From Squalus acanthias (taxonomy: Eukaryota), in the NCBI GenBank assembly GCA_030390025.1, contig CM059438.1, forward strand, positions 61,072,001 to 61,136,000: DNA of 64,000 nucleotides, read 5' to 3'. How positions within the stretch are numbered: position 1 is the stretch's first letter; each line of letters begins with the position of its first letter. Under the pieces are notes generated by a model. That model saw only the letters and a list, made by a program, of their open reading frames with translations. It made no database searches and had not been told where the DNA came from. Positions 60,556-64,000 of the stretch are shown one piece after another. A program made the position numbers and the translations under genes.

Positions 60556-61007
60556 AGAAAGAAAGAACTTGCAATCTTACAGCGTCTTTCATGACCTCAG
60601 GATGTCCCAAAGCGCTTTACAGCCAATTAAATACTTTTGAAATGTAGTCACTGTTGTAATGTAGGAAATGCGGCAGCCAATTTGCGCAGCAAGCTCCAGC
60701 AAACAGCAATGTGATAATGACCAGATAATCTGTTTTAGTAACTTTGGTTGAGGGTTGGCCAGGACACTGGAGAGAACTCCCCTGCTCTTCTTCGAATAGT
60801 GTCATGGAATCTTTTACATCCACCTCTGAGGGCAGACGGGGTTCTTGGTTTAACGTTTTATCCAAAAGACGTCCGACAGTGCAGTGCTCCCTCAGTGCTG
60901 TACTGGAGTGTCAGCCTAGATGTTGTGCTCAAGTCTCTGGAGTGGGACTTGAACCCACAACCTTTGGACTCAGAGGCGAGAGTGCGACCAACGGAGCCAT
61001 GGCTGAC
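60556..61007 (-). mobile_element. Near full-length Deu-domain tRNA SINE (SacSINE1-like)
   Basis: Minus strand: A-box TGGCTCCGTTGG, B-box GGTTCAAGTCC, Deu core and (TTTC)n tail. Confidence 0.85.
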
Positions 61008-61224
61008 ACAATGGGGATAGGTTTTGTTCAGCTGGCCAGCCCCTGAGCCGCACAGCAACACACGGAAAGGACAGAAGCGCTGGTGGAAGTCATTGGGATC
61101 CGCCCACGCCTGTCAAGACTAAAACCAGATGGGGGCAACATAAGGGCAGGTACAGGGGGTGGGGGGTCAGTGCTTGGGTTCTCATGTTTCAGCAAAAACT
61201 TTAAGAGCTATTAACTTCACAACA

Positions 61225-62645
61225 CTCAGATCAGAAGTGTGGTGGAATACTCACCACTCACTGGATAGATGCAGCTCCAACAACACTCAAGAGACTCCAA
61301 ACCATCTAGGGCAGGGCAGTCACGTGATCGTAGCCCCTGCTACTAGACATATCCCCCACGCCAGCCCCCTCCACTACCAGTGCACTGTGGCTGCAGCGTG
61401 TGTGATCTGCCGGATGCACGGCAGCAACTCGCCAAGCCCCTCCCAGCCTCGCCACCTCTACCACCGAGAAGGACAAGGGCAACAATGTCATGGGAACACC
61501 ATCGCCTCCAGGTTGCCCTGCAAGTCACACAGCATCCTCGACTCCTGGACATAAATCGCCGTTCCTTCATCGTTGCTGGGTCAGAATCTTAGGGGGAAAA
61601 ATTAGGTCGCGCCCCATTTGGGGCGCAAATATCTTCTGGACGCAAATATTAGCGCCTGGCGCTAATTATCGCCACTGACTGGAAACTTCACTTTTACCGC
61701 CCCGGGAGGTGAGTGGAGCACTAAATCAAGCGCTGCACACCTGTCTTAAGGCGCAAAGGCCAAGGAGTGAGGCGCTAACTCAGAGCGCTGGCGAAGCTCA
61801 TGTAATGTCAGTCAGCAATGGAACACACACACAATGGCACGGGCCAGTTCTTAAAGGGGATGGTTAATCTTGCTTTCCATCCACATCCTGTTCATTGCAG
61901 CCTTGAATCTCGGCCTGGAGAGACTTGCACATCAAATGTGCTGGAAAGAACAATGGAGAGTACCAGGCAAAGAGCTCAGAGTGCAGCTCCCACAGTCTCT
62001 GCTAAATCGATACAAGGAATGGCAAATCAAAATGAACCTGCAAAGTGCTGCTCAGTACCCAAAACTCCTTCACACAACGTTGAATCTCTCCAGAAGTCTC
62101 TCCCTCTCTCTCTCAGAATGCGTAGTTCAAAAATGCCACCAACAATAAAAGACAGGAAGAGGCCCCCTTTAAATAGCGCCCCCCCTAGCCCCACAGCGAT
62201 TGATAGCGTTCCAGTCTTCTGGTCGTTGGATGCGCCAGGCGGTAAGGCAGGGGGCGCCACTCAATTTCCGCTCCGGGACGTCACAAGGGCGTTGCACCAT
62301 GGAATGACGTCACAATCTGCGCGCGCGGGTGGTCGCAGCGGTAAAGTTTAGCGCCGCCGCACAATCTCTAGTTAAGTTCCCGAGCGGCGCAAACATCGCT
62401 GCGCCCGGGCATTAGCGGCTTTGTGCCCCATTAGCGCCCTCTTAAGGCGCTAATGGGATGTGCAACCAACTGAATTTTTACCCCTTAGAATTCCCAACCT
62501 GACTCCATCGTGACAGTACCTTCCCCACAAGGAGTGTAGCGGTTCAAGAAGAAGGCCCATCACCACCTTCTCAAGGCAACCAGGGATGGGCAATAAATGC
62601 TGGCCTTGCCAGCATCACCCACATCCCGAGAAGAAATTTAAAAAA
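61225..62645 (+). mobile_element. Decayed LINE 3' fragment (CR1/L2 group) split by the 893-bp Harbinger derivative
   Basis: 61225-61588 and 62488-62645 are collinear with the reverse complement of 63000-63520. Confidence 0.8.
61592..62484. mobile_element. 893-bp non-autonomous PIF/Harbinger element, copy 2 (inverted relative to copy 1)
   Basis: TTA TSD at 61589-91 and 62485-87; TIRs GGGGGAAAAATT / AATTTTTACCCC. Confidence 0.9.
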
Positions 62646-62999
62646 AAATCATGAGACACAGATGTCAAAGGTAAGAACAGAAAGCTCGGTTCTAAAGAAA
62701 AGACTTTTGCTGTGTGATTTACAGTTTTGACATTTCTAGACAACCCACTGAGAAAGAAGGCAGCAGACTCCACAAACTGCAATGTGGCAATGGACAGGTC
62801 CACCTGCAAGGAGGATGATCAGCCTTTCCAAACAAGAACTAAACAGGACATAAGGTGAAGAGGTGGCCAGAGTAGCAATGCTGCTGCACTGTGTAAGTGA
62901 CCTGAGGCTGAAGGAACCAAGCAGGCTGGTGGGAGGGTCACATCCCATAGCAAATGCAGCAGGCCGGGCCTTTAAGGTGGTTTAAAAGTATATATATAT

Positions 63000-63695
63000 T
63001 TTTTTAATTCGTTTTTATGGGATCTGGGCGTCGCTGGCAAGGCCAGCATTTATTGCCCATCCCTAGTTGCCCTTGAGAAGGTGGTGGTGAGCCGCCTTCT
63101 TGAACCGCTGCAGTCCGTGTGGTGAAGGTACTCCAACAGCGCTGTTAGGGAGGGAGTTCCAGGATTTTGACCCAGCGACGGTGAAGGATCGGCGATATAC
63201 TTCTAAGTCAGGATGGTGTGTGACTTGGAGGGGAACTTGGAGGTGGTGGTGTTTCCATGCGCCTGCTGCTCTTATCCTTCTAGGTGGAAGAGGTTGCGGG
63301 TTTGGGAGGTGCTGCCGAAAAAGCCTTGGCGAGTTGCTGCAGTGCATCTTGTAGATAGTACACAGTGCAGCCACGGTGCGCTGGTGGTGGAGGGAGTGAA
63401 TGTTTAAGGTGGTGGATGGGGTGCCAATCAAGTGGACTGCTTTGTCCTGGATGGTGTTGAGCTTCTTGAGTGTTGTTGGAGCTGCACTCATCCAGGCAAG
63501 TGGAGAGTATTCCATCACACTCCTTACTTGTGCCTTGTAGATGGTGGAAAGGCTTTGGGGAGTCAGGAGGTGAGATACTCGCCGCAGAATACCTAGCCTC
63601 TGACCTGCTCTTGTTGCCACAGTATTTATGTGGCTGGTCCAGTTAAGTTTCTGGTTAATGGTGACCCCCCAGGATGTTGATAGTGGGGGATTTGG
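63000..63695 (-). mobile_element. LINE (CR1/L2 group) ORF2 C-terminus and 3' UTR
   Basis: ORF 63063..63791 contains GVTI…L.WTSHI…RLGILRR…IYKAQVRSVMEY…WNSLP; A-rich tail at 63000. Confidence 0.85.
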
Positions 63696-64000
63696 CGATA
63701 TTCCGATATTCCGATCCCTACGGGTGTGTACGAGCTGTGTACCCACCCATAGGGACATCGGAAATACCAGTTTCAGGCATGCACAGTGCATGCGCTGAAA
63801 ACCAGCATTTCCAATCTGTCAAGAATGCTCTTGACAGATTGGATGCCTGCCCTAGAGAAGAGCCTCTGTGGGCGGATAGTACCGCTTTCTGCAGAACCTC
63901 TGCCCGCTGAAAACCCTTAGAATTCTTATGCCTGGTAAAAGCAGGAGTAAGGCCTGCTTTTACCAGGATAAGAGTTGAAAACTTAAAAAAAAAAATTCCA

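Noticed and set aside
60930..61007. tRNA gene
   Set aside because: The A/B boxes belong to the tRNA-derived head of a SINE; there is no full cloverleaf, and the sequence continues into the SINE body.
42939..62484. Single composite 19.5-kb transposon bounded by the two 893-bp elements
   Set aside because: Each copy has its own TTA TSD, and the LINEs around each copy continue on both sides, so the copies inserted independently.

Overview
Gene-poor, repeat-saturated vertebrate DNA, most likely a cartilaginous fish (shark); this is inferred from CR1/L2 LINEs, Deu-domain tRNA SINEs of the SacSINE1 type and a 67-bp minisatellite I associate with sharks. No host protein-coding exon could be supported. 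About 22.3 kb (3591-25897) is one uninterrupted 16-bp G-rich satellite (GGAGTGTCTAACGGGY, about 1,390 units) with kb-scale higher-order repeats. Its flanks look like the two halves of a small Harbinger-type MITE, and its unit resembles that MITE family's internal motif, so the satellite appears to have grown inside a MITE. The rest is nested mobile elements. These include a near-complete PIF/Harbinger transposon (DDE transposase plus a 3-exon Myb/SANT gene, left TIR deleted), two inverted 893-bp Harbinger deletion derivatives with TTA TSDs, and several CR1 and L2 LINEs. There are also two Tx1/L1 3' ends whose 14-bp TSDs both start with TACACA, probable solo LTRs, and a Penelope-like hairpin carrying a minimal hammerhead ribozyme. 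Coordinates were read by eye, and the boundaries of old repeats are approximate.
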